Shown here one piece after another: positions 1 through 15,000 of a stretch of DNA of 64,000 nt (position 1 is its first letter; every line of letters begins with the position of its first letter). Made by a program: the position numbers and the translations under genes. The DNA lies in contig NC_086110.1 of the NCBI RefSeq assembly GCF_963921235.1, forward strand, positions 9,176,001 through 9,240,000, written 5' to 3'. Below the pieces are notes generated by a model. That model ran no database searches and had not been told where the DNA came from. It saw only the letters and a list, made by a program, of their open reading frames with translations. The stretch is from Mobula hypostoma. Its lineage: Eukaryota.

Positions 1-3000
1 ACCTGTTAAATCACTCAGGTGTTCAAGACAAAAAAGTTGATTTCTCAGAGCATGCAGAGCTTTAGCTCTAAAAGTATATATTGCAATTTTACTCTGAAGT
101 ATTGAATGCAAACCTTATGGAGACATCTGAATATAATTCCCCACATGATCCTGAGATGTTTGACAACTGTTATATCACTCAGGTATTCAAGACAAAAAAG
201 TTGATTTCTCAGGGCATAGAGTACTTTGGCATTGAATGAAGTATACATTTCAATTTTACTCAAAGGTACTGACTGGCAAAGCTTATGGAAACATCTTAAT
301 GTAACTCCCGACATGATCCTGAGATGTTTGACACCTGTTATATCACTCAGGTATTCAAGACAAAAAAGTTGATTTCTCAGTGAATGCAGTGCTTTGGCAT
401 AAAAGTATATACTTCAATTTTACTCTAAACTACTGAATGCAAACCTTATAGAAACATCTTAATATAACTCCCCACATGATCCTGAGATGTTTGACACCTG
501 TTATATCACTCAGGTATTCAAGACAAAAAAGTTGATTTCTCAGTGCATAAAGACCTTTAGCATTGAATGAAGAATACATTTCAATTTTACTCTAAAGTAC
601 TGAATGCAAACCTTATGGAAACATCTTAATATAACTCCCCACATGATCCTGAGATGTTTGGCACCTGTTATACCACTCAGGTATTCAAGACAAAAAAGTT
701 GATTTCTCAAAGCCTAAAGTGAATTTCCATTGTAATGATATATAAATTTCAATTTTACTCAAAGGTACTGAATGCAAAGCTTATGGAAACATCTTAAAGT
801 AACTCCCCACATGATCCTGAGATGTTTGACACCTGTTATATCACTCAGGTATTCAAGACAAAAAAGTTGATTTCTCAGGGCATAAAGAACTTTAGCATTG
901 AATGAAGTATACATTTCAATTTTACTCAAAAGTACTGAATGTAAACCTTATAGGAAACATCTTAATATAACTCCCCACATGATCCTGAGATGTTTGACAC
1001 CTGTTATATCACTCAGGTATTCAAGACAAAAAAGTTGATTTCTCAGAGCCTACAGTGCTTTAACATTGAAAAAGTATACATTTCAATTTTACTCTAAAGT
1101 ACTGACTGCAAAGCTTATGGAAACATTTTAATATAACTCCCCACATGATCCTGAGATGTTTGACACCTGTTATATCACTCAGGTATTCAAGACAAAAAGT
1201 TGTTTTCTCAGTGCATAAAGATCTTTAGCATTGAATGAAATATAAATTTCAATTTTACTCAAAGGTACTAACGGCAAACCTTATAGGAAACATCTTAATA
1301 TAACTCCCCACATGATCCTGAGATGTTTGACACCTGTTATATCACTCAGGTATTCAAGACAAAAAAGTTGATTTCTCAGAGCATAAAGACTTTAGCATTG
1401 AATGAAGTATACATTTCAATTTTACTCTAAAGTACTGAATGCACACCTTATGGAAACATCTTAATATAACTCCCCACATGATTCTGAGATGTTTGACACC
1501 AGTTATATCACTCAGGTATTCAAGACAAAAAAGTTGATTTCTCAGAGCCTACAGTGCTTTAACATGAAAAAGTATACATTTCAATTTTACTCTAAGGTAC
1601 TGACTGCAAACCTTATGGAAACATATTAATATAACTCCCCACATGATCCTGAGATGTTTGACACCTGTTATATCACTCAGGTATTCAAGACAAAAAAGTT
1701 GATTTCTCAGTGCCTAGAGTGCATTGCCATTGAATGAAGTATACATTTTAATTTTACTCAAAGCTACTGAATGCAAACCTTATGGAAACATCTTAATATA
1801 ACTCCCCACATGATCCTGAGATGTTTGACACCTTTATATCACTCAGGTATTCAAGACAAAAAAGTTGATTTCTCAGTGCATAAAGTGCTTTGGCATTGAA
1901 TGAAGTATATACTTCAATTTTACTCAAACTACTGAATGTAAACCTTATGGAAACATCTTAATATAACTCCCCACATGATCCTGAGATGTTTGACACCTGT
2001 TATATCACTCAGGTATTCAAGACAAAAAAGTTGATTTCTCAGTGCATAAAGACCTTTAGCATTGAATGAAGAATACATTTCATTTTTACTCTAAAGTCAT
2101 GAATGCAAACCTTATGGAAACATTTTAATATAACTCCCCACATGATCCTGAGATGTTTGGCACCTGTTATATCACTCAGGTATTCAAGACAAAAAAGTTG
2201 ATATCTCACTGAATGCAGTGCTTTGGCACTAAAAGTATATACTTTCAATTTTACTCAAAGGTACTGAATGCAAAGCTTATGGAAACATCTTAAAGTAACT
2301 CCCCACATGATCCTGAGATGTTTGACACCTGTTATATCACTCAGGTATTCAAGACAAAAAAGTGGATTTCTCAAAGGATGCAGGTTCTTTAGCATCGAAT
2401 GAAGTATACATTTCAATTTTACTGAAAAGTACTGAATGCACACCTTATGCAAACATCTTAATATACCTCCCCACATGATCCTGAGATGTTTGGCCCCTGT
2501 TATATCACTCAGGTATTCAAGACAAAAAAGTTGATTTCTCAGTGCATAAAGACCTTTAGCATTGAATGAAGTATAAATTTCTATTTTACTCAAAAGTACT
2601 GAATGCAAACCTTATGGAAACATCTTAATATAACTCCCCACATGATCCTGAGATGTTTGACACCTGTTATATCACTCAGGTATTCAAGACAAAAAAGTTG
2701 ATTTCTCACTGAATGCAGTGCTTTGGCACTAAAAGTATATACTTCAATTTTACTCAAAAGTACTGAATGCAAACCTTATGGAAACATCTTAAAGTAACTC
2801 CCCACATGATCCTGAGATGTTTGAGACCTGTTATATCACTCAGGTATTCAAGACAAAAAAGTTGATTTCTCAGTGCCCAGAGTGCATTGCCATCGAATGA
2901 AGTATACATTTCAATTTTACTCAAAAGTACTGAATGCAAACCTTATGGAAACATCTTAATGTAACTCCCCACATGATCCTGAGATGTTTGACACCTGTTA

Positions 3001-6000
3001 TATCACTCAGGTATTCAAGACAAAAAAGTTGATTTCTCAGAGCATAAAGGTGCTTTAGCATTGAATGAAGTATAAATTTCAATTTTACTCAAAGGTACTG
3101 ACGGCAAACCTTATGGAAACATCTTATTATAACTCCCCACATGATCCTGAGATGTTTGACACCTGTTATATCACTCAGGTATTCAAGACAAAAAAGTTGA
3201 TTTCTCAGGGCATACAGTGCTTTAGCATTGAATGAAGTCTACATTTCAATTTTACTCAAAGGTACTGACTGCAAACCTTATGCAAACATCTTAATATAAC
3301 TCCCCACATGATCCTGAGATGTTTGGCACCTGTTATATCACTCAGGTATTCAAGACAAAAAAGTTGATTTCTCAGTGCATGCAGAGCTTTGGCACTGAAT
3401 GAAGTATACACTTTCATTTTACTCTAAAGTACTGAATGCAAACCTTATGGAAACATCTTAATATAACTCCCCACATGATCCTGAGATGTTTGACACCTGT
3501 TATATCACTCAGGTATTCAAGACAAAAAAGTTGATTTCTCAGTGCATAGAGTGCTTTGGCAAATGAAGTATACATTTCAATTTTACTCAAAGGTACTGAA
3601 TGCAAACCTTATGGAAACATCTTAATATAACTCCCCACATGATCCTGAGATGTTTGACACCTGTTATATCACTCAGGTATTCAAGACAAAAAAGTTGATT
3701 TCTCAGGGCATAACGAACTTTGGCATTGAATGAAGTATACATTTCAATTTTACTCAAAGGTACTGTATGCAAACCTTATGGCAACATCTTAAAATAATTC
3801 CCCACATGATCCTGAGATGTTTGACACCTGTTATATCACTCAGGTATTCAAGACAAAAAAGTTGATTTCTCAGTGAATGCAGTGCTTTGGCATTAAAAGT
3901 ATATACTTCAATTTTACTCTAAACTACTGAATGAAAACCTTATAGAAACATCTTAATATAACTCCCCACATGATCCTGAGATGTTTGGCACCTGTTATAT
4001 CACTCAGGTATTCAAGACAAAAAAGTTGATTTCTCTGAGCATAAAGACATTTAGCATTGAATGAAGAATACACTTCAATTTTACTCAAAGGTACTGAATG
4101 CAAACCTTATGGAAACATTTTAATATAACTCCCCACATGATCCTGAGATGTTTGGCACCTGTTATATCACTCAGGTATTCAAGACAAAAAAGTTGTTCTC
4201 TCACTGAATGCAGTGCTTTGGCACTAAAAGTATATACTTCAATTTTACTCAAAGGTACTGAATGCAAAGCTTATGGAAACATCTTAAAGTAACTCCCCAC
4301 ATGATCCTGAGATGTTTGACACCTGTTATATCACTCAGGTATTCAAGACAAAAAAGTTGATTTCTCAGGGCATAAAGAACTTTAGCATTGACTGAAGTAT
4401 ACGTTTCAATTTTACTCTAAAATACTGAATGCAAACCTTATGGAAACATCTTAAAGTAACTCCCCACATGATCCTGAGATGTTTGACACCTCTTATATCA
4501 CTCAGGTATTCAAGACAAAAAAGTTGATTTCTCAGAGCCCAGATTGCATTGGCATTGAATAAAGCATACACTTCAATTTTACTCTAAGGTAGTGCATGCA
4601 AACCTTAGGGAAACATCTTAATATAACTCCCCACATGATCCTGAGATGTTTGACACCTCTTATATCACTCAGGTATTCAAGACAAAAAAGTTGATTTCTC
4701 AGTGCATAAAGATCTTTAGCATTGAATGAAGTATAAATTTCAATTTTACTCAAAGGTACTGACTGTAAAGCTTATGGAAACATCTTAATATAACTCCCCA
4801 CATGATCCTGAGATGTTTGGCACCTGTTATATCACTCAGGTATTCAAGACAAAAAAGTTGATTTCTCAGTGCATAAAGACCTTTAGCATTGAATGAAGTA
4901 TACATTTCAATTTTACTCTAAAGTACTGAATGCAAACCTTATGGAAACATCTTAATATAACTCCCCACATGATCCTGAGATGTTTGACACCTGTTATATC
5001 ACTCAGGTATTCAAGACAAAAAAGTTGATTTCTCAGAGCCTACAGTGCTTTAACATGAAAAAGTATACATTTCAATTTTACTCTAAGGTACTGAATGTAC
5101 ACCTGATGGAAACATCTTAATATAACTCCCCACATGATCCTGAGATGTTTGACACCTGTTATATCACTCAGGTATTCTAGACAAAAAAGTTGATTTCTCA
5201 GGGCATACATTGCTTCGCTTTGAATGTCGTATACATTTCAATTTTACTCAAAGGTACTGAATGCAAAGCTTATGGAAACATCTTAATATAACTCCCCACA
5301 TGATCCTGAGATGTTTGACACCTGTTATATCACTCAGGTATTCAAGACAAAAAAGTTGATTTCTCAGTGAATGCAGCACTTTGGCACTAAAAGTATATAC
5401 TTCAATTTTACTCAAACCTACTGAATGCACACCTTATGGAAACATCTTAATATAACTCCCCACATGATCCTGAGATGTTTGGCACCTGTTATATCACTCA
5501 GGTATTCAAGACAAAAAAGTTGATTTCTCAGTGCATAAAGACCTTTAGCATTGAATGAAGAATACATTTCATTTTTACTCAAAAGTACTGAATGCAAACC
5601 TTATGGAAACATTTTAATATAACTCCCCACATGATCCTGAGATGTTTGGCACCTGTTATATCACTCAGGTATTCAAGACAAAAAAGTTGATCTCTCACTG
5701 AATGCAGTGCTTTGGCACTAAAAGTATATACATCAATTTTACTCTAAGGTACTGAATGCAAAGCTTATGGAAACATCTTAAAGTAACTCCCCACATGATC
5801 CTGAGATGTTTGACACCTGTTATATCACTCAGGTATTCAAGACAAAAAAGTTGATTTCTCAAAGCATAAAGACCTTTTGCATTGAATGAAGCATACATTT
5901 CAATTTTACTCTAAAGTACTGAATGCAAACCTTAGGGAAACATCTTAATATAACTCCCCACATGATCCTGAGATGTTTGACACCTGTTATATCACTCAGG

Positions 6001-9000
6001 TATTCAAGACAAAAAAGTTGATTTCTCAGTGCATAAAGACCTTTAGCATTGAATGAAGTATAAATTTCAATTTTACTCAAAGGTACTAACGGTAAAGCTT
6101 ATGGAAACATCTTAATATAACTCCCCACATGATCCTGAGATGTTTGACACCTGTTATATCACTCAGGTATTCAAGACAAAAAAGTTGATTTCTCAGTGAA
6201 TGCAGTGCTTTGGCACTAAAAGTATATACTTCAATTTTACTCAAAAGTACTGAATGCACACCTTATGGAAACATCTTAATATAACTCCCCACATGATCCT
6301 GAGATGTTTGACACCTGTTATATCACTCAGGTATTCAAGACAAAAAAGTTGATTTCTCAGTGCATAAAGGTGCTTTAGCATCGAATGAAGTATACATTTC
6401 AATTTTACTCAAAAGTACTGAATGCAAACCTTATGGAAACATCTTAATATAACTCCCGACATGATCCTGAGATGTTTGACACCTGCTATATCACTCAGGT
6501 ATTCAAGACAAAAAAGTTGATTTCTCAGTGCATAAAGAGCTTTAGCATTGAATGAAGAATACATTTCATTTTTACTCTAAAGTACTGAATGCAAACCTTA
6601 TGGAAACATCTTAATATAACTCCCCACATGATCCTGAGATGTTTGACACCTGTTATATCACTCAGGTATTCTGGATAAAAAAGTTGATTTCTCAGGGTAT
6701 ACAGTGCTTTAGCATTGAATGAAGTATACATTTCAATTTTACTCAAAGGTACTAACGGTAAAGCTTATGGAAACATCTTAATATAACTCCCCACATGATC
6801 CTGAGATGTTTGACACCTGTTATATCACTCAGGTATTCAAGACAAAAAAGTTGATTTCTCAGTGAATGCAGAGCTTTGGCACTAATGAAGTATACATTTC
6901 AATTTTACTCTAAACTACTGAATGCAAACCTTATGGAAACATCTTAATATAACTCCCCACATGATCCTGAGATGTTTGACACCTGTTATATCACTCAGGT
7001 ATTCAAGACAAAAAAGTTGATTTCTCAGTGCATAGAGTGCATTGCCATTGAATGAAGTATACATTTCAATTTTACTCAAAGGTACTGAATGCAAACCTTA
7101 TGGAAACATCTTAATATAACTCCCCACATGATCCTGAGATGTTTGACACCTGTTATATCACTCAGGTATTCAAGACAAAAAAGTTGATTTCTCAGGGCAT
7201 AGAGTACTTTGGCATTGAATGAAGTATACATTTCAATTTTACTCAAAGGTACTGAATGCAAACCTTATGGAAACATCTTAAAGTAACTCCCCACATGATC
7301 CTGAGATGTTTGACACCTGTTATATCACTCAGGTATTCAAGACAAAAAAGTTGATTTCTCAGTGAATGCAGTGCTTTGGCAGTGAATGAAGTATACATTT
7401 CAATTTTACTCAAAACTACTGAATGCACCCCTTATGCAAACATCTTAATATAACTCCCCACATGATCCTGAGATGTTTGACACCTGTTATATCACTCAGG
7501 TATTCAAGACAAAAAAGTTGATTTCTCAGTGCATAAAGAACTTCAGCATTGAATGAAGAATACATTTCAATTTTACTCTAAAGTCCTGAATGCAAACCTT
7601 ATGGAAACATTTTAATATAACTCCCCACATGATCCTGAGATGTTTGGCACCTGTTATATCACTCAGGTATTCAAGACAAAAAAGTTGTTCTCTCACTGAA
7701 TGCAGTGCTTTGGCACTGAAAGTATATATTTCAATTTTACTCAAAGGTACTGAATGCAAAGCTTATGGAAACATCTTAATATAACTCCCCACATGATCCT
7801 GAGATGTTTGACACCTCTTATATCACTCAGGTATTCAAGACAAAAAAGTTGATTTCTCAGTGCATAAAGTCCTTTAGCATTGAATGAAGTATACATTTCA
7901 ATTTTACTCAAAAGTACTGAATGCAAACCTTATGGAAACATCTTAATATAACTCCCCACATGATCCTGAGATGTTTGACACCTGTTATATCACTCAGGTA
8001 TTCAAGACAAAAAAGTTGATTTCTCAGAGCATACAGTGCTTTAACATTGAATTAAGTATACATTTCAATTTTACTCTAAAGTACTGAATGCAAACCTTAT
8101 GGAAACATCTTAATATAACTCCCCACATGATCCTGAGATGTTTGACACCTGTTATATCACTCAGGTATTCAAGACAAAAAAGTTGATTTCTCAGTGCCTA
8201 GAGTGCATTGCCATTGAATGAAGTATACATTTTAATTTTACTCAAAGGTACTGACTGCAAACCTTATGGAAACATCTTAATATAAATCCCCACATGATCC
8301 TATGTTTGACAGCTGTTAAATCACTTAGGTATTCAAGACAAAAAAGTTGATTTCTCAGAGCATACTGTTGTTTAGCAATGATTGAGGTGTACATTTCAAT
8401 GTTACTCTATGGTACTAACTGCAAACCTTATGGAAACATCTAAATATAACTTCCCACATGACCCTGAGATGTTTGACACCTGTTATATCATTTAGGTATT
8501 CAAGACAAAAAAGTTGATTTTTCAGAGCCTACAGTGCTTTAACATGAAAAAGTATACATTTCAATTCTACTCTAAGGTACTGACTGCAAACCTTATAGAA
8601 ACATCTTAACATAAATCTCCACATGATCCTGAGATGTTTGACACCTGTTATATCACTCAGGTATTCTGGACAAAAAAGCTGATTTCTCGGGGCATACATT
8701 GCTTTGGCATTGAATGAAGTATACATTTCAATTTTACTCAAAGGTACTGAATGCAAACCTTATGGAAACATCTTAATATAACTCCCCACATGATCCTGAG
8801 ATGTTTGACACCTGTTATATCACTCAGGTATTCAAGACAAAAAAGTTGATTTCTCAGTGAATGCACTGCTTTGGCAGTAAAAGCATATACTTCAATTTTA
8901 CTCTAAACTACTGATTGCAAACCTTATGCAAACATCTTAATATAACTCCCCACATGATCCTGAGATGTTTGACACCTGTTATATCACTCAGGTATTCAAG

Positions 9001-12000
9001 ACAAAAAAGTTGATTTCTCAGTGCATAAAGACCTTTAGCATTGAATGAAGAATACATTTCAATTTTACTCAAAAGTACTGAATGCAAACCTTATGGAAAC
9101 ATCTTAATATAACTCCCCACATGATCCTGAGATGTTTGACACCAGTTATATCACTCAGGTATTCAAGACAAAAAAGTTGATTTCTCAGTGAATGCAGTGC
9201 TTTGGCATTGAAAGTATATACATTTCAATTTTACTCAAAGGTACTGAATGCAAAGCTTATGGAAACATCTTAATATAACTCCCCACATGATTCTGAGATG
9301 TTTGACACCAGTTATATCACTCAGGTATTCAAGACAAAAAAGTTGATTTCTCAGTGCATAGAGAACTTTGTCATTGAATGAAGCATACATTTGAATTTTA
9401 CTCAAAAGTACTGACTGTAAACCTTATAGAAACATCTTAATATAACTCCCCACATGATCCTGAGATGTTTGACACCTGTTATATCACTCAGGTATTCAAG
9501 ACAAAAAAGTTGATTTCTCAGTGCATAAAGACCTTTGGCATTGAATGAAGTATAAATTTCAATTTTACTCAAAGGTACTAACGGTAAAGCTTATGGAAAC
9601 ATCTTAATATAACTCCCCACATGATCCTGAGATGTTTGGCACCTGTTATATCACTCAGGTATTCAAGACAAAAAAGTTGATTTCTCAGTGAATGCAGGGC
9701 TTTGGCACTAAAAGTATATACTTCAATTTTACTCTATAGTACTGAATGCAAACCTTATGGAAACATCATAACATAACTCCCCACATGATCCTGAGATGTT
9801 TGACACCTGTTATATCACTCTGGTATTCAAAACACCAAAGGGGAATTCTCAGAGCATACAGTGCTTTAACATTGAATGAAGTATACATTTCAATTTTACT
9901 CAAAAGTACTGACCGCAAACCTTATGGAAACATCTTAATGTAACTCCCCACATGATCCTGAGATGTTTGACACCTGTTATATCAGTCAGGTATTCAAAAC
10001 AAAAAAGTTGATTTCTCAGAGCATACTGTTGTTTAGCAATGATTGAAGAATACATTTCAATGTTACTCAATGGTACTGACTACAAACCTTATGGAAACAT
10101 CTAAATATAACTCCCCACATGATCCTGAGATGTTTGACACCTGTTATATCACTCAGGTATTCAAGACAAAAAAGTTGATTTCTCAGTGCATAGAGTACTT
10201 TGGCATTGAATGAAGTATACATTTCAATTTTACTCAAAAGTACTGACCGCAAACCTTATAGAAACATCTTAATATAACTCCCCACATGATCCTGAGATGT
10301 TTGACACCTGTTATATAATTTAGGTATTCAAGACAAAAAAGTTGATTTTTCAGAGCCTGCAGTGCTTTAACATGAAAAAGTATACATTTCAATTTTACTC
10401 TAAGGTACTGACTGCAAACCTTATAGAAACATCTTAATATAACTCCCCACATGATCCTGAGATGTTTGACAGCTGTTATATCACTCAGGTATTCAAGACA
10501 AAAAAGTTGATTTCTCAGTGAATGCAGAGCTTTGGCACTAAAAGTATAGACTTCAATTTTACTCTAAACTACTGAATGCAAACCTTATGGAAACATCTTA
10601 ATATAACTCCCCACATGATCCTGAGATGTTTGACACCTGTTATATCACTCAGGTATTCAAGACAAAAAAGTTGATTTCTCAGTGCATAGAGTCCTTTGGC
10701 TTTGAATGAAGTATACATTTCAATTTTACTCTAAAGTACTGAATGCAAACCTTATGGAAACATCTTAACATAACTCCCCACATGATCCTGAGATGTTTGA
10801 CACCTGTTATATCACTCAGGTATTCAAGACAAAAAAGTTGATTTCTCAGAGCATACAGTGCTTTAACATTGAATGAAGTATACATTTCAATTTTACTCTA
10901 AAGTACTGAATGCAAACCTTATGGAAACATCTTAACATAATTCCCTACATGATCCTGAGATGTTTGACACCTGTTATATCACTCAGGTATTGAAAACAAA
11001 AAAGTTGATTTCTCAGAGCATACTGTTGTTTAGCAATGATTGTATACATTTGAATATTACTCAATGGTACTGACTACTAACCTTATGGAAACATCTTAAT
11101 ATTGCTCCCCACATGATCCTGAGATGTTTGACACCTGTTATATCACTCAGGTATTCAAGACAAAAAAGTTGATTTCTCAGTGCATGCAGTGCTTTGGCAT
11201 TGAATGAAGTATACATTTCAATTTTACTCAAAGGTACTGACTGCAAACCTTATGGAAACATCTTAATATAACTCCCCACATGATCCTGAGATGTTTGACA
11301 CCTGTTATATTACTCAGGTATTCAAGACAAAAAAGTTGATGTTTCAGAGCCTACAGTGCTTTAACATGAAAAAGTATACATTTCAATTTTACTCTAAGGT
11401 ACTGACTGCAAACCTTATGGAAACATATTAAAATAACTCCCCACATGATCCTGAGATGTTTGACACCTGTTATATCACTCAGGTATTCAAGACAAAAAAG
11501 TTGATTTCTCAGTGCATAGAGTACTTTGGCATTGAATGAAGTATACATTTCAATTTTACTCAAAGGTACTGACTGTAAACCTTATGGAAACATCTTAATA
11601 TAACTCCCCACATGATCCTGAGATGTTTGACACCTGTTATATCACTCAGGTATTCAAGACAAAAAAGTTGATTTCTCAGAGCATACTGTTGTTTAGCATT
11701 GAATGAAGTATACATTTCAATTTTACTCTAAAGTACTGAATGCAAACCTTATGGAAACATCTTAATATAACTCCCCACATGATCCTGAGATGTTTGACAC
11801 CTGTTATATCACTCAGGTATTCAAGACAAAAAAGTTGATTTCTCAGAGCCTACAGTGCTTTAGCATTGAAAAAGTATACATTTCAATTTTACTCAAAGGT
11901 ACTGACTGCAAACCTTATAGAAACATCTTAATATAACTCCCCACATGATCCTGAGATGTTTGACACCTGTTATATTACTCAGGTATTCAAGACAAAAAAG

Positions 12001-15000
12001 TTGATGTTTCAGAGCCTACAGTGCTTTAACATGAAAAAGTATACATTTCAATTTTACTCTAAGGTACTGACTGCAAACCTTATGGAAACATCTTAATATA
12101 ACTCCCCACATGATCCTGAGATGTTTGACACCTGTTATATCACTCAGGTATTCAAGACAAAAAAGTTGATTTCTCAGTGCCTAGAGTGCTTTGCCATTGA
12201 ATGAAGTATACATTTCAATTTTACTCAAAGGTACTGACTGCAAACCTTATGGAAACATCTTAATATAACTCCCCACATGATCCTGAGATGTTTAACACCT
12301 GTTATATCACTCAGGTATTCAAGACAAAAAAGTTGATTTCTCAGAGCATAAAGATATTTAGCATTGAATGAAGTATAAATTTCAATTTTACTCAAAGGTA
12401 CTAACCGCAAACTTTATAGAAACATCTTAATATAAATCCCCACATGATCCTGAGATGTTTGACATCTGTTATACCATTTAGGTATTCAAGACAAAAAAGT
12501 TGATTTTTCAGAGCCTACTGTGCTTTCACATGAAAAAGTATACATTTCAATTTTACTCTAAGGTACTGACTGCAAACCTTATGGAAACATCTTAATATAA
12601 CTCCCCACATGATCCTGAGATGTTTGAGACCTGTTATATCACTCAGGTATTCAAGACAAAAAAGTTGATTTCTCAGTGCCTAGAGTGCTTTGCCATTGAA
12701 TGAAGTATACATTTTAATTTTACTCAAAGCTACTGACTGTAAACCTTCAGGAAACATCTTAAAGTAACTCCCCACATGATCCTGAGATGTTTGAGACCTG
12801 TTATATCACTCAGGTATTCAAGACAAAAAAGTTGATTTCTCAGTGAATGCAGCGCTTTGGCACTAAAAGTATATTCTTCAATTTTACTCTAAAGTACAGA
12901 ATGCACACCTGATGGAAACATCTTAATGTACTCCCCACATGTTCCTGAGATGTTTCACACCATTTATATCACTCAGCTATGCAAGATAAAAAAGTTGATT
13001 TCTCAGTGCATACAGTGCTTAGGTATTAAGAGAAGTATGTATTTTAATTTTACTGAATAGTACTGAATACAAAACTGGTGGAAACATGTTAACATCACTC
13101 CCCATACTATTCTGAGTTGTTTAAGACCTGTAACATCACTCTGATCTTCAAGATAAAAAAGTTGATATCTCAGTGCATGCAGTGCTTTGGCATTAAAAGG
13201 TGTATGTATTTCAATTTTACTCAACAGTACTGACTGCAAACCTTATGGATACATCTTAATATAACTCCCCACATGATCCTGAGATGTTTGACACTTGTTA
13301 TTTCACTCAGCTGTTCAAGACAAAGAAGTTGATTTCTCAGTGCGTGCAGTGCATTGGCACTAAAAGTAGATATTTCAGTTTTACTCTGAAGTACTGAATG
13401 CAAACCTTGTGGATACAACTTAACATAACTCCCCACATGATCCTGAGATGTTTGACACCTGTTATATCACTCAGGTATTCAAGACAAAAAAGTTGATTTC
13501 TCAGTGCATAAAGACCTTTAGCATTGAATGAAGTATACATTTCAATTTTACTCAAAGCTACTGACGGCAAACCTTATGGAAACATCTTAATATAACTCCC
13601 CACATGATCCTGAGATGTTTGACACCTGTTATATCACTCAGGTATTCAAGACAAAAAAGTTGATTTCTCAGAGCATAGAGTGCTTTAGCATTGAATGAAG
13701 AATAAATTTCAATTTTACTCAAAGGTACTAACGGTAAACCTTATGGAAACATCTTAATATAACTCCCCACATGATCCTGAGATGTTTGGCACCTGTTATA
13801 TCACTCAGGTATTCAAGACAAAAAAGTTGATTTCTCAGTGAATGCAGTGCTTTGGCACTAAAAGTATATACTTCAATTTTACTCAAAAGTACTGAATGCA
13901 CACCTTATGGAAACATCTTAATATATCTCCCCACATGTTCCTGAGATGTTTCACACCATTTATATCACTCAGGTGTTCAAAACAAAAAAGTTGTTTTCTG
14001 AGAGCATACTGTTGTTTCGCAATGATTGAACAATACATTTCAGTGTTACTCAATGGTACTGACGACAAACCTTATGGAAACATCTAAATATAACTTCCCA
14101 CATGATCCTGAGATGTTTGACACCTGTTATATCACTCAGGTATTCAAGACAAAAAAGTTGAAATCTCAGTGTATAGTGTACTTTCGCATTGAATGAAGTA
14201 TACATTTCACTTTTACTCAAAGGTACTGACTGCAAACCTTATAGAAACATCTTAATATAACTCCCCACATGATCCTGAGATGTTTGACACCTGTTATATC
14301 ACTCAGGTATTCAAGACAAAAAAGTTGATTTCTCAGAGCCTACAGTGCTTTAACATGAAAAAGTATACATTTCAATTTTACTCTAAAGTACTGAATGCAA
14401 ACCTTATGGAAACATCTTAATATAACTCCCCACATGATCCTGAGATGTTTGACACCTGTTATATCACTCAGGTATTCAAGACAAAAAAGTTGATTTCTCA
14501 GTGCCTAGAGTGCATTGCCATTGAATGAAGTATACATTTTAATTTTACTCAAAGCTACTGACTGTAAACCTTATGGAAACATCTTAATATAACTCCCCAC
14601 ATGATCCTGAGATGTTTGACACCTGTTATATCACTCAGGTATTCAAGACAAAAAAGTTGATTTCTCAGAGCATAAAGACGTTTAGCATTGAATGAAGTAT
14701 ACATTTCAATTTTACTCAATGGTACTGACTGTAAACCTTATGGAAACATCTTAATATAACTCCCCACATGATCCTGAGATGTTTGACACCTGTTATATCA
14801 CTCAGGTATTCAAGACAAAAAAGTTGATTTCTCAGAGCCTACATTGATTTAACATGAAAAAGTATACATTTCAATTTTACTCTAAGGTACTGACTGCAAA
14901 CCTTATAGAAACATCTTAATATAACTCCCCACATGATGCTGAGATGTTTGACACCTGTTATATCACTTAGGTATTCAAGACAAAAAAGTTGATTTCTCAG

